Assembly: GCA_024704765.1 (NCBI GenBank)
Contig: JAKMXF010000311.1
Location: forward strand, 124,001 to 188,000
Source: Oopsacas minuta
Taxonomy: Eukaryota > Animalia > Porifera
DNA length: 64,000 nt
Direction of reading: 5' to 3'
Part shown: positions 28,101-36,227 of the stretch, in pieces
Layout of the letters: every line of letters begins with the position of its first letter
How positions within the stretch are numbered: the first letter of the stretch is position 1
The notes under the pieces: model-generated
The model's input: the letters and a program-made list of their open reading frames with translations, nothing else
Databases searched by the model: none
What the model was told of the DNA's origin: nothing
Position numbers and translations under genes: made by a program

Positions 28101-28868
28101 TTCTAACCTCGCCTTGTACTCCTTTTCATTTGGATTTGGATGGGGACTTGTATACTATGCATTGTTAGGGACTATGTTTACAGTGCACAGAGAATTATCA
28201 ACTAGCATCACCGAAATAATCTCATGCCTATCTTCCTACCTTATTATTATGATATTTTTCTATCTACTCCATAATATTGGCGGGTTTTTTACGTTCCTTA
28301 TCTTTTCAGGGAATTATTTCTTAGCTGTTGTATTTGTGTATTTATTTATTAATTAAGTTCTAATATAATGCTTGTTGTAATCCTATAATAATATATGCTA
28401 AGTGATAGTACACATTATTAAATGCTAATTATATTATGGTCAGACATTATGTTCTGTTTAACAAAATATAATACATTAAAGAGGTAATAGGAAAGTACGT
28501 GCATACCTGCTCGAGTACTGATCCTAGTCTGTTGTGATTTGAGTGACATTTGACTGACACGTTTGGCTGGCATCTTTGATGAAGTTTTGATAGGAGATTT
28601 GAGAGGAGATTTAATCTTCATTCGATCTTTCTCAATCTCAGAACTATTCTGCTCTGGTTTTTGAAATGCTTTCTCTGCCAAAAGATCATCTGTATGATAT
28701 TTATTCTTATCAGTCAATTTAGATCTCCGTAGTTTGAGTTCCTGTGAGATATCTTTCGAGGTTGGCTTCTTTACAGGACGTCTTGCGGACTGTTTGCGAT
28801 TGGGAGAGTCAGGAGAAATGTCTACTTTTGAGTCTATGATAACGCTAGGGCCATCCATTAAAATGGAG
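16133..28868 (-). CDS. ARMC4: ARMC4/ODAD2 outer dynein arm docking subunit, partial; exons 28868-28507 and 16596-16133
   Basis: Exon 16596-16133 encodes [71 protein letters not shown], the ARMC4 hallmark (high confidence). The upstream K/S-rich exon has acceptor tttttcag at 28869 and donor GCAG|GTATGC at 28506, phase-compatible with acceptor tttctag|GT at 16597 (moderate confidence). Later exons were not found in the window. Confidence 0.75.
17446..18762 (+). CDS. MFS sugar porter, GLUT8/Tret1-like, copy 1 (438 aa)
   Basis: About 12 hydrophobic segments; [20 protein letters not shown] and FGFGWG motifs. First ATG 17446 gives the same 1317-bp length as the paralogs; the ORF track starts at TTG 17392. 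Confidence 0.88.
   Translation: MYPSNFPKYFAVFSCYIGVMSVSFIFGFVSPTQKQMIQENILDYQTLPIVASIIFIAKAFAYSSVPIFTLLGYNLKIVAIISSLLGATGYMLIIIASSALYVILGVALVGYSTGIAGVFIIAYTPEVTLDNQKRIICGGFGFCFRIGIFIAYFTGIWLPFRWLAIFGLIQLSVFGILIIINPHSPVWYVQQGLDDKAKLTLLYLHGSEFDADTEIEKIKGKTLSSKISWNESFRALKEWKVLKPTLVISVIASLKELGGHEAMVAFSSHILENQQAMDPKVASLFYPIFLIIGSIMCMLIMNYCKLKWLMITASIFQAISHISMAIYYLVTEHYLHCNTEYSQLCHTLAFWPISNIALYAFSFGFGWGVVYFTLVGTMFTVHKELSIGIGGIITNICSYLAVMIFFYLLQNIGGFATFLMLTSTYFIAIVFTYFFLKF
19490..20806 (+). CDS. MFS sugar porter, GLUT8/Tret1-like, copy 2 (438 aa)
   Basis: Near-identical to copy 1; intact ORF from ATG 19490. Confidence 0.85.
   Translation: MYPSNFPKYFAVFSCYIGVMSVSFIFGFVSPTQKQMIQENILDYQTLPIFASIIYIANVFAYSSVPIFTLLGYNLKIVAIISSLLGATGYMLIIIASSALYVILGVALVGYSTGIAGVFIIAYTPEVTLDNQKRIISGGFGFCFRIGIFIAYFTGIWLPFRGLAIFGLIQLSVFDILIIINPHSPVWYVQQGLDDKAKSTLLYLHGSEFDADTEIEKIKGKTLSSKISWNESFRALKEWKVLKPTLVISVIAFLKELGGHEAMVAFSSHILENQQAMDPKVASLFYPICLIIGSIVCMLIMNYCKLKWLMITASIFQAISYISMAIYYFVSEHYLHCNTEYSQLCHTLAFWPISNIALYAFSFGFGWGVVYFALAGTMFTVHKELSIGIGGFITNISTYLAVMIFFYLLQNIGGFATFLMLTSIYLIAIVFIYFFLKF
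21252..22568 (+). CDS. MFS sugar porter, GLUT8/Tret1-like, copy 3 (438 aa)
   Basis: Same motifs as copy 1; ATG 21252 gives 1317 bp. Confidence 0.88.
   Translation: MHVRNIPTYFAAFSCYIGALTVVFIIGFPSPTQKQLIDENILDYQTLPIFASISHITRILGLSSASLLVQLGFNLKLQAVISSVLGIAGYVLIVIANSAVYVIIGVALVGYYTGIAVMFVFTYIAEVTLDNQRKVMSGGIGFCIRLGLFIAYFVGIWLPFRWLAVFGLIQVCLFCLLILFNPLSPVWYVQQSLDDKAKSTLLYLHGSEFDADTEIQKIKGETLSSKISWIESFRTLKEWKVLKPMILMAVIASLKELGGHEAMVAFSSHILENQHTMDPKVASLFYPIFLIIGAIVCILIMNYCKLKWLMITASIFQAISHISMAIYYLVSEHYLHCNTEYSQLCHTLAFWPIFNIALFSFSFGFGWGLVYFALVGIMFTIHRELFTAITDMITNFSSYIVVMIFFYLLHNIGGFATFLIFSCNYLIAIGLVYFFFNI
23232..24548 (+). CDS. MFS sugar porter, GLUT8/Tret1-like, copy 4 (438 aa)
   Basis: Intact intronless ORF with family motifs. 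Confidence 0.88.
   Translation: MAQNHIQTYFAVFSCYIGALTVVFRIGFPSPTQKQLLEENILDYQTLPIFASISQLTKLIGIIAVPIVVQFGINLKAIVIVNFVIGVLGYVLIIVAESATCIITGIALEGVYAGILGMFIITYIAEISLDDQRRVMSGGYGFSVRIGLFVAYFAGIWLPFRWLAVFGLIQICLFCLLIIFNPLSPVWYVQQGLDDKAKSTLLYLHGSEFDADTEIEKIKGKTLSSKISWNESFRALKEWKVLKPTLVISVIASLKELGGHEAMVAFSSHILENQQAMDPKVASLFYPIFLIIGSIVCILIMNYCKLKWLMITASIFQAISHISMAIYYLVTEHYLHCNTEYSQLCHTLAFWPIFNIALYAFSFGFGWGLVYFALVGIMFTTHREILSAISSIISNISAYTAILVFFYLLNNIGGFATFLIFSSNYFIAIGVVYFFMNI
25371..26687 (+). CDS. MFS sugar porter, GLUT8/Tret1-like, copy 5 (438 aa)
   Basis: Intact intronless ORF with family motifs. Confidence 0.88.
   Translation: MSARNIPTYFAVFSCYIGIVALINIVGFSSPTQKQLIHENILNDQTLPIFASISHITRIFGGISATILTQFGFNLKVVVLVSSVIGMLGYELIIIAESATCIISGAALVGAYTGSVVLFTNTYIAEVALDSQRKAMGGGLGFSVRIGLFIVYFTGIWLPFRWLAVSGLIEVCVFCFLIVINPLSPVWYVQQGLDDKAKSTLLYLHGSEFDADTEIQKIKGKTLSSKISWIERFRTLKEWKVIKPMVLIAVLAFLKELGGHEAMVAFSSHILENQQAMDPKVASLFYPIFLIIGSIMCMLIMNYCKLKWLMITASIFQAISHISMAIYYLVSEHYLHCNTEYSQLCHKLAFWPIFNIALFAFSFGFGWGLVYFSLIGIMFTKHRELFTGISSAITNLANYMAIMIFFYLLKNIGGFATFLIFSSNYFIAIAFISFFLNI
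27043..28356 (+). CDS. MFS sugar porter, GLUT8/Tret1-like, copy 6 (437 aa)
   Basis: Intact intronless ORF with family motifs. Confidence 0.88.
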   Translation: MIFRELPTYFAVFSCYIGVFSGIFIGGFTSPTQKQLIEENILDYQTLPIFASISQFSRIFGLSIAPLLVQLGINLNVIVTVNCLYGLLACMLIILSSSAAWVIAGVAFMGMHTGIIEIYLMTYIAEVSLENQRKITIGGFGFCIRIGLFIVFLAGIWLPFRWLAVFGIIQICLFCLLTVFNPLSPVWYVQQGLDDKAKSTLLYLHGSEFDADTEIEKIKGETLSSKISWIESFRALKDWKVLKTILILSVIGILKECGGHEAMVSFSSHILENQQAMDPKVASLFYPIFLIIGAIVCILIMNYCKLKWLMITASIFQAISHISMAIYYLVTEHYLHCNTEYSQLCHTLAFWPISNLALYSFSFGFGWGLVYYALLGTMFTVHRELSTSITEIISCLSSYLIIMIFFYLLHNIGGFFTFLIFSGNYFLAVVFVYLFIN

Positions 28869-29773
28869 CTGAAAAAGATGGAATTATACAGAAGTACATA
28901 CGAGGTATGTCACCAAAATATTGAAAATATGCATTCAGTATTAATTAATAAAAACATATTGAGCGAATTTAATAATGACTAAATCTATTTATATGTACCG
29001 TATTTCCCTGAACAAGCGCCAGGGCTAGAACAAAGCTCCCAAAAGTTGTGAATAAAATTTATCACCAGAACTTCTTCGATCAAATTTACGCCTCATTTAG
29101 CTATGCAACAAATTATGATAATTAATTTCCCAAAATCATTTGTATTTTCCAAAATTGTATAAGAATCTACACAAAAATGCCCATATATTTTTGACAAACT
29201 TTTCTTGGAAAAAAAATGTGTTAATAATTAACTATTGATCGCTGGGTATCCACGGCTTTTCAATGAACCAGTGTTCATAAAAATTTGAGGAAGAAAACAG
29301 GCATCAAATGTTGAGAACTTAGGCCATGTAAATATTACTTGTTTTTCATCCGGAATTTCCTCAGAAACTGGGATGGCGTTCGGTATTTTATTTATATGTT
29401 ATAGGCGAAGTTTGTATGTAGTATATTTTGACCATTCGATTATCTCATTACATTTTTTCTTGGCATGAAAATATTGATAAGTTCAACTCTACAGATAATA
29501 AAATGTGCATTGAACAATCTTTGATCTTAGAATTTTCCTTATATTTCTAAAAAATACAAATAAAATGTATCAAGACGGAGGACAAAATTTGGGAAGGTCG
29601 GAGATGAGAAACAAATATATTAGTTTACATGGCTTTATTGAAGGCTTATATTTGTTTGTGAGCTCTTAATCTAGGAGGTCATTCTAAGAATTCATGCATT
29701 GTACTGGTTATAACTTACAAGGGTTTAAAGATTCTTGTATATAAAAATTACAAATACAAATATTTTTTTGCAA

Positions 29774-31090
29774 ATGAATTTCAAAGAAGCTCCAAATTAC
29801 TTTGCAGTATTTTCATGTTATATAGGTGTATTAACACTTGTATTTGATATTGGATTAGTTTCCCCAACTCAAAAACAGTTATTGGAAGAAAATATTCTGA
29901 ATTACGAGAATTTACCAATCTTTGCTTCCACCTCATATGTCGCATGTAGCCTCGGGTATCTTATTGGGCCATTTATTGTGTATTTTGGTATAAATAGCAA
30001 AGTAATGGCCACAGTTAGTTGTCTGCTTGGAGTATTTGGATATATGCTGATTATTGTAACGGAAACAGCTATGTGTATTATCATAGGTATTGGTTCGGTG
30101 GGAATATACAGTGCATTTGCATCGATTTTCATAAAAATATATATCGCGGAAGTAACCCTAGATAGCCAGAGGAAAATTCTGAGTGGTGGATACGGATTTT
30201 GGATCAGAATAGGGCTATTTGTTGCTTACTTTGCAGGAATTTGGCTGCCTTTCAGGTGGTTAGCTGTACTAGGAATAATTCAGATATGTTTGTTCTGCTT
30301 TTTGATAATAATAAATCCTCATTCACCTGTATGGTATGTGCAACAAAGTTTGGATGATAAAGCTAAATCAACTCTCTTGTATTTACATGGTAGTGAGTTT
30401 GATGCAGATACTGAAATAGAAAAGATTAAGGGTAAGACACTGAGTAGTAAAATTAGTTGGAATGAAAGTTTCAGAGCTTTGAAAGACTGGAAAGTATTGA
30501 AACCTATTATCATATTGTCTCTATTAGCAGTACTGAAAGAGTTAGGAGGTCATGAAGCTATGGTAGCATTCTCTTCTCATATTCTAGAGAATCAACAAGC
30601 AATGGATCCTAAAGTAGCATCTCTCTTCTATCCAATATTCTTGATTATTGGAGCAATCGTGTGTATTCTAATTATGAATTATTGTAAGTTGAAATGGCTG
30701 ATGATAACAGCATCTATTTTCCAGGCTATTTCTCACATCTCTATGGCAATCTATTATTTAGTTTCTGAGCACTATCTACACTGTAATACAGAATACTCAC
30801 AATTATGTCATACACTAGCATTTTGGCCAATTTCTAACCTTGCTTTGTACGCCTTTTCATTTGGATTCGGTTGGGGGCTCGTACATTATTCACTGATAGG
30901 AATAGTGTTCACTAAGCATAAGGCGCTCTCTTTCGGAATTGTGGGTGTTTTTGGAAACACTACTAGCTTTGCAGTTATATACATCTTTTTCTACTTGCTA
31001 CAAAACATTGGTGGATTCTTCACATTTATAATGCTTTCCTTTAACTACCTTTTTGCTATTGGTTACATATATTTATTCATAAATATATAA
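29774..31090 (+). CDS. MFS sugar porter, GLUT8/Tret1-like, copy 7 (438 aa)
   Basis: ATG 29774 gives 1317 bp; family motifs present. Confidence 0.88.
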   Translation: MNFKEAPNYFAVFSCYIGVLTLVFDIGLVSPTQKQLLEENILNYENLPIFASTSYVACSLGYLIGPFIVYFGINSKVMATVSCLLGVFGYMLIIVTETAMCIIIGIGSVGIYSAFASIFIKIYIAEVTLDSQRKILSGGYGFWIRIGLFVAYFAGIWLPFRWLAVLGIIQICLFCFLIIINPHSPVWYVQQSLDDKAKSTLLYLHGSEFDADTEIEKIKGKTLSSKISWNESFRALKDWKVLKPIIILSLLAVLKELGGHEAMVAFSSHILENQQAMDPKVASLFYPIFLIIGAIVCILIMNYCKLKWLMITASIFQAISHISMAIYYLVSEHYLHCNTEYSQLCHTLAFWPISNLALYAFSFGFGWGLVHYSLIGIVFTKHKALSFGIVGVFGNTTSFAVIYIFFYLLQNIGGFFTFIMLSFNYLFAIGYIYLFINI

Positions 31091-31890
31091 TTCTTAGAGA
31101 ATTTGTTCAGTTTGTGCTCAGATCATTATTAAATGATTATCATATGCGTAGCATCTAAGTATAACTGTATAAGTAATTACCAAGTTGGATATAACGAAAT
31201 GAAGTGATGTAGTACGTATATCTATGAGTTACGATATTTTCATGATTTGGTACTATCTAAGGTGTCAAAATCTGCCACACATTTCTAGTTTATGCTTTGA
31301 TATGATATCCTTTCACAGGGCTAGCTAAACTACATTTTATATTCCCAATTGGAAAATTTCCTATAGTCGGAAGGAACTCCGTTAGTGGATGCAGGTTATA
31401 AGAACACTTGATGTAAACACATTTAGATATTAATAGGTAACGGTTCTCATATATTATTGCTGATTCTACAAACATACTGGTAATAAGAACCAATTTTACT
31501 ACTATTCTAAGAGTGTTCTTATAACCGGCATAAATTATATTGAGGTGTAAGGCAACCGTTTTTCCAGTATAATGTTCTTATAACCTATATAGAATAAACT
31601 TACATCCGATTTAAATTATACGGAGTAGAATACAACGACATATATGGTAATTTGCTATGTATTCGGTGAAACGGGATTCCGTCCGAAAATAGGAGGTTAG
31701 CCAATTGGAATTGTAGGCGGTAGTGAAACATCTGCCGCAACATTGAGGAGCATTTTTCATGTAGTTCAGAATATTACACTGGATTAGTGTCAAAAATCGC
31801 AAGATAAAATCCAGCAATACTCAATTTGATAAATATCTCAATCAGCAACAGAAATAGTAATTAATTACTATACTTACACACAAATATTTT

Positions 31891-32490
31891 CTAACTAAAT
31901 TTAGAAACAATCAATTCTGTTATCTTACTATTACTCCAATCCAATCTAGTGTCTTCCAGATGATCATCAAAATCCACACAAGATTCATAGAGCTTTTTCT
32001 CAATCACTTCTTGGCTAGAAATACAACTTTCATTCGAGAAAATCTGAGCTTTAGAAGCAAGTCGAAGTGAACTATCTTGTCTACTGAAAATATGAAAAGG
32101 TAATTTACTACCTTCTTCCTTTATCTTTGTCAGAGCATGGTTATCAACCAGCAATAAAATAGCTTGTTTAAAATGCTCACTTATCTTATCCATTATTCTC
32201 TCACAATGTACATCAGGTGACTGTTGTTTACAATTCTCAAAAGCGTGATAATACCCTATTATTGTTTGTTCACTAGAGAATGTTGTGTCCAGTTGGATCA
32301 AAGCAATTTCTAACATAGGAGATAATCCATGTCCGGTATGAAACAGTGGATATACGTCTTGTATTAGCAATGGATCACCGTTTTGATTTCCAATTAGGAG
32401 GCCATTTACAGTATAGTGTTGATACTTAAGTATATGTGATAAGATCTTAGCATAAGCTGTAGGAGATATTTCTATTGAAGTAGTTGCCAT
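31891..32490 (-). CDS. EMC8: ER membrane protein complex subunit 8/9 (MPN-like), intronless, 199 aa
   Basis: AYAKILSHILKYQHYTVNGLLIG, PLFHTGHGLSPMLEIALIQLD, IIGYYHA and VDFDDHLEDTRLDWSN match EMC8/9; ATG at 32490. Confidence 0.9.
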   Translation of the reverse strand: MATTSIEISPTAYAKILSHILKYQHYTVNGLLIGNQNGDPLLIQDVYPLFHTGHGLSPMLEIALIQLDTTFSSEQTIIGYYHAFENCKQQSPDVHCERIMDKISEHFKQAILLLVDNHALTKIKEEGSKLPFHIFSRQDSSLRLASKAQIFSNESCISSQEVIEKKLYESCVDFDDHLEDTRLDWSNSKITELIVSKFS

Positions 32491-33059
32491 GCTAGTGAGT
32501 GGTTGAGAAGGGAAATGTAATCGGATTTCAAATACAAATTCAAATATATTTCGCAAATGAACATGGCCAGTTATGATTGTAATTTACATTATACACTGAA
32601 GGTGTTGATCAAGTAAATGTAATTTGTAAAATTAGAAATTATTAAACTATGCTTTTATTAAAAGCAATCGTATAGAAATATATGATATAAAATAATTCAT
32701 CTTGCATATTTTTGTTGTGGCGGAGGTTCTGGGCGTAGAAAGCGAACAAGTTCTACTTTTTTGTAAGTGATACATGTTAAACTTGCTACGTACTCAATAA
32801 ACGATATCCCTAATATACACTATCTGGCCAGAATCATTCGAACGCTCAGCCATCATACCAATACATTAATCAACTCTGCGTTGAGTAAAGATTTTTGCCA
32901 GTGTCATGACACTTGTGCCAAAGGTGGTAGCCTGTTCCAATAATTTTGGACACTGCATCCAACAGCATATACTATATAACCCTGGTTTCGTATTTCACAT
33001 CTGCCAGATACCTATTGATATTCGTGAAAGCAGAAAGATGAGATCAGAACATCGTTGCA

Positions 33060-33250
33060 ACCGAATCCGAATAACATTTGGCGAATAGTTCAATATTTAG
33101 CTCCCAAGCGAATATCAGTATTCGGTGTTCGGTTGGTCCAAACCGAATATTATCAGTAGTATTCGGTTGATGTAACCGAATAATATCAGTATTCGGTAAA
33201 GCAACTATTCATGAATGCTGATATTCGGTCCGATCGGTTTCAACCTTGGA
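33060..33250. repeat. Short element with clustered ACCGAATA/TATTCGGT motifs in both orientations (probable hAT-type MITE subterminal repeats)
   Basis: Several irregularly spaced tattcggt / accgaata copies; limits approximate. Confidence 0.5.
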
Positions 33251-33569
33251 TCAGAAGCAATCTGAACTAATAGGATTACAACTTACAAATCTATAGTCTT
33301 CCAACTAAAGCAAGGCCCTGGACTTAAAGAGTCTATGTATAATGAATTGATACGAGTATTCACATTGGGGAAAATATTTTGTGGAGTCATTGAGGCTAGC
33401 CACGAGAATATCAAAATAGGAAAGGGAAATTTTCTCCAAATAAACTCTTTAGTAGTTTCTACTGCAATCCACAGAAGGTATTACACGTGGTTATTCTTTT
33501 CTTGAAGTTTAAAGAGTTCCCATTTGATCATTTACATATGTTTTTAGTAGGTATTGATCATGAAGGGTA

Positions 33570-35591
33570 ATGGAGCTTGGAAATACTTATAAGGATGACC
33601 ATGAAATTTATGAATTCCCATTCTATGCCTCAAATAAATACTCGTTAAAATTGTATATGCTTCAGATGGAAGGAGATTCGATATGTTCCGCTAAGAGAGG
33701 AAATGGTGAACGTGGATATTCATCAATACATAAGATTATCCAACGCATTTCCTATAAAAACATTTCCTATTCTGTAAGAGAACAAGGAAAAATATTCAAA
33801 AAGAAAAAGCAAATCCTGACAAATGTCAATGGTAAAATGTGTACCGGCTTGAATGCTATTCTCGGGCCTACTGGAAGTGGAAAAACTACTCTAATGGATA
33901 TATTAGCCGCACGTAAGAATAAACGATATCTACAAGGGACTGTGCTTATAGATGGACAACCTACACCGAAACATTTCAAATATATGACGGGATATGTCAC
34001 ACAAGATGTCCATCTCCATGATATGATGTCTATAAGGGAGTCAATATATTTCTCGGCGAATCTCCGACTCCCTTCACATGTATCTTCAAAGGAAAAGGCC
34101 ATTCGTGTTCAGGAAGTTATTGATTTATTAGGCCTAACTAGCATATCCGAGTCGCGTATTGGTAATGCGTATATTCGCGGTATTTCTGGTGGTGAATTAA
34201 AACTTACTCATATTGCAATGGAATTAGTAATATCTCACTCGATTCTGTTTCTTGACGAACCAACGACTGGGCTAGACGCGTACACTTCAGTTGAATTGAT
34301 GGAAACTTTGAAAAATATTTCAAATGAAGGTAAACTCGTTATTGTAACAATTCACCAACCAAGGTATGCTATCTATAAACTATTCGATTCCATTACATTG
34401 TTATCACGTGGTCAGACTGTGTATCATGGCCATGCTAACTACGCAATTGAGTATTTCGCTTCTTTAGGCTATATATGTCCGGACAGAGAAAATCCAACAG
34501 ATTTTTTCTTAGATACGATAGCTAAAGATGAATTGGAACAGCCTAAAATCGAAAATCTCATTGTGAAACAAAATTTATCTGTAATATTCGAGCAATCAGA
34601 AATGAGTTCGATTTTACAAAATAGTTTACAAGCTTCCAGTGGGATAAGTAATGGAAATAATGCATTAGAAAGTTTTATACAAAACTGCCATCCATCTAGC
34701 TTTCTATGGCAATCATACGTTGTCGGTTTACGTTCAATGAAACGTATTATGCGCTCTCCAACTGAATTCATTCTCATTATGATTACATCACAAATAATAG
34801 GACTTTTGTTTGGTGGCATCTACTGGCAACTTGAATGCAGTTTATCTGGCCTACAAAATAGAGTAGGTTGTCTATTCTTAGTTCTAATGCTAATCATTAC
34901 ATTCAATCTGGCATGCATTGAAACATTCCTGGAATCAAAGGTAATATTCATACACGAGTATACACATGGATATTACCGTGTCTCGAGTTATTTTCTCTCA
35001 AATGTAATTCCAGACCTGATAATCAAACGTCTCATGCCAACACTTGTGTCTAATACAATCCTATACTTAATGACCGGGTTTAAATTAAAAAGCGAGAATA
35101 TGGCTATATACTTACTAGTAATAACGCTTGCTAATATCAATGCTGGGGCATTACATGTATTTCTAGGCTGTTTTAGCAATTCATTTTCAATTGCAGCCGT
35201 ATTGAGTGGATTCATTGATGTTTTGATGATTATTTTCGCTGGAAATCTAATAAACATCACATCGCTACCAATTTGGATACAGTGGGTACAGTATTTGAGT
35301 ATATTTCGTCTCGGGTTATCAAGTTTGTTGGTGAATGAGTTGGTTGGGTTAGAATTCTGTCTGGACTATTTTCGGGAAATAACCATGGATAAATCTTGCT
35401 TTAACGCTACATATAATCTCGGTGATAATGTAATATCTACAATTGAAACTGGTGAGAAATATTTGGAGTCACAAGGTATTCTATACGCAGAACCTTTTGA
35501 CGTTTGGAGAGGAATCATTGGTTTAGCTCTATATGCTATCATTTTAATGATTCTAGCTTATACAGCACTCAGAACGCTCAAAAAAAATTAA
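33570..35591 (+). CDS. ABCG2/White-like half ABC transporter, copy 1, intronless
   Basis: Walker A GPTGSGKTT, signature ISGGE, LFLDEPTTGLD, TIHQP, NBD-TMD order. The start may be ATG 33666, preceded by ttcag. Confidence 0.92.
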   Translation: MELGNTYKDDHEIYEFPFYASNKYSLKLYMLQMEGDSICSAKRGNGERGYSSIHKIIQRISYKNISYSVREQGKIFKKKKQILTNVNGKMCTGLNAILGPTGSGKTTLMDILAARKNKRYLQGTVLIDGQPTPKHFKYMTGYVTQDVHLHDMMSIRESIYFSANLRLPSHVSSKEKAIRVQEVIDLLGLTSISESRIGNAYIRGISGGELKLTHIAMELVISHSILFLDEPTTGLDAYTSVELMETLKNISNEGKLVIVTIHQPRYAIYKLFDSITLLSRGQTVYHGHANYAIEYFASLGYICPDRENPTDFFLDTIAKDELEQPKIENLIVKQNLSVIFEQSEMSSILQNSLQASSGISNGNNALESFIQNCHPSSFLWQSYVVGLRSMKRIMRSPTEFILIMITSQIIGLLFGGIYWQLECSLSGLQNRVGCLFLVLMLIITFNLACIETFLESKVIFIHEYTHGYYRVSSYFLSNVIPDLIIKRLMPTLVSNTILYLMTGFKLKSENMAIYLLVITLANINAGALHVFLGCFSNSFSIAAVLSGFIDVLMIIFAGNLINITSLPIWIQWVQYLSIFRLGLSSLLVNELVGLEFCLDYFREITMDKSCFNATYNLGDNVISTIETGEKYLESQGILYAEPFDVWRGIIGLALYAIILMILAYTALRTLKKN

Positions 35592-35720
35592 TATTATTCG
35601 GACTCTAAAAATGCTCTGTTCTATTAGATTTCATTACATTTCTATTTTTCATATTTAGGTATAATATATTTCATAAATATAATGCTTATCAATAATATTG
35701 TTATGGAAATAATGGAAGTG

Positions 35721-35985
35721 CAGTATGCCCTCCTAATCCGAACACCACTGTTCCGAATGCAAAATAATACGATCGGATTAGCAAAATGCATTGAAACAAT
35801 ACTATAGAATCTGGGAGGACTTGTTTATTAAGCAAACGATGGAATGAGGACCAAATGCGTAATATAGTATTAGATATTGATCTGTAGTAGAACTGGATAT
35901 AAATTGGCTATGTTTTTACGTTTGAAACAATTTTCCAAAGATTGTATAAGCTCTAGGCCTTGTTCGGATTATTGAGGGTCTATTG
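35721..35985. mobile_element. Tc1/mariner-pogo-like MITE
   Basis: TIRs CAGTATGCCCTCCTAATCCGAAC / GTTCGGATTATTGAGGGTCTATTG; a related end lies at about 165-190. Confidence 0.65.
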
Positions 35986-36227
35986 TAGTGATAATTCGTG
36001 AAATTCCAAGTAACATGTCGCCATTTTTAGAGGGAGGGACACACGTTTTCTAGTAGGATCGACGCATCTGGTGGACACGAAGTGTTAGCAAGCCCCGCAG
36101 CGCAAATAAGTAATAGCACATTTTAATATGAGCATTTATAATAAAACCACTTTTTTTCTATAAAACATTTTGCAAAAATGGGATGAATCAATAACTTTAA
36201 TAATTATTAACTATCAAACTAAATAAA

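Noticed and set aside
17143-30513. Short antisense and alternate-frame ORFs repeated across the porter array (e.g. MGFNTFHSF..., MPQVIIFQY...)
   Set aside because: They recur only because the underlying DNA is duplicated; there is no independent coding evidence.
33060-33250. Repeated tattcggt motifs that superficially resemble a CRISPR array
   Set aside because: The motifs are short, in both orientations and irregularly spaced; no cas genes; eukaryotic context.
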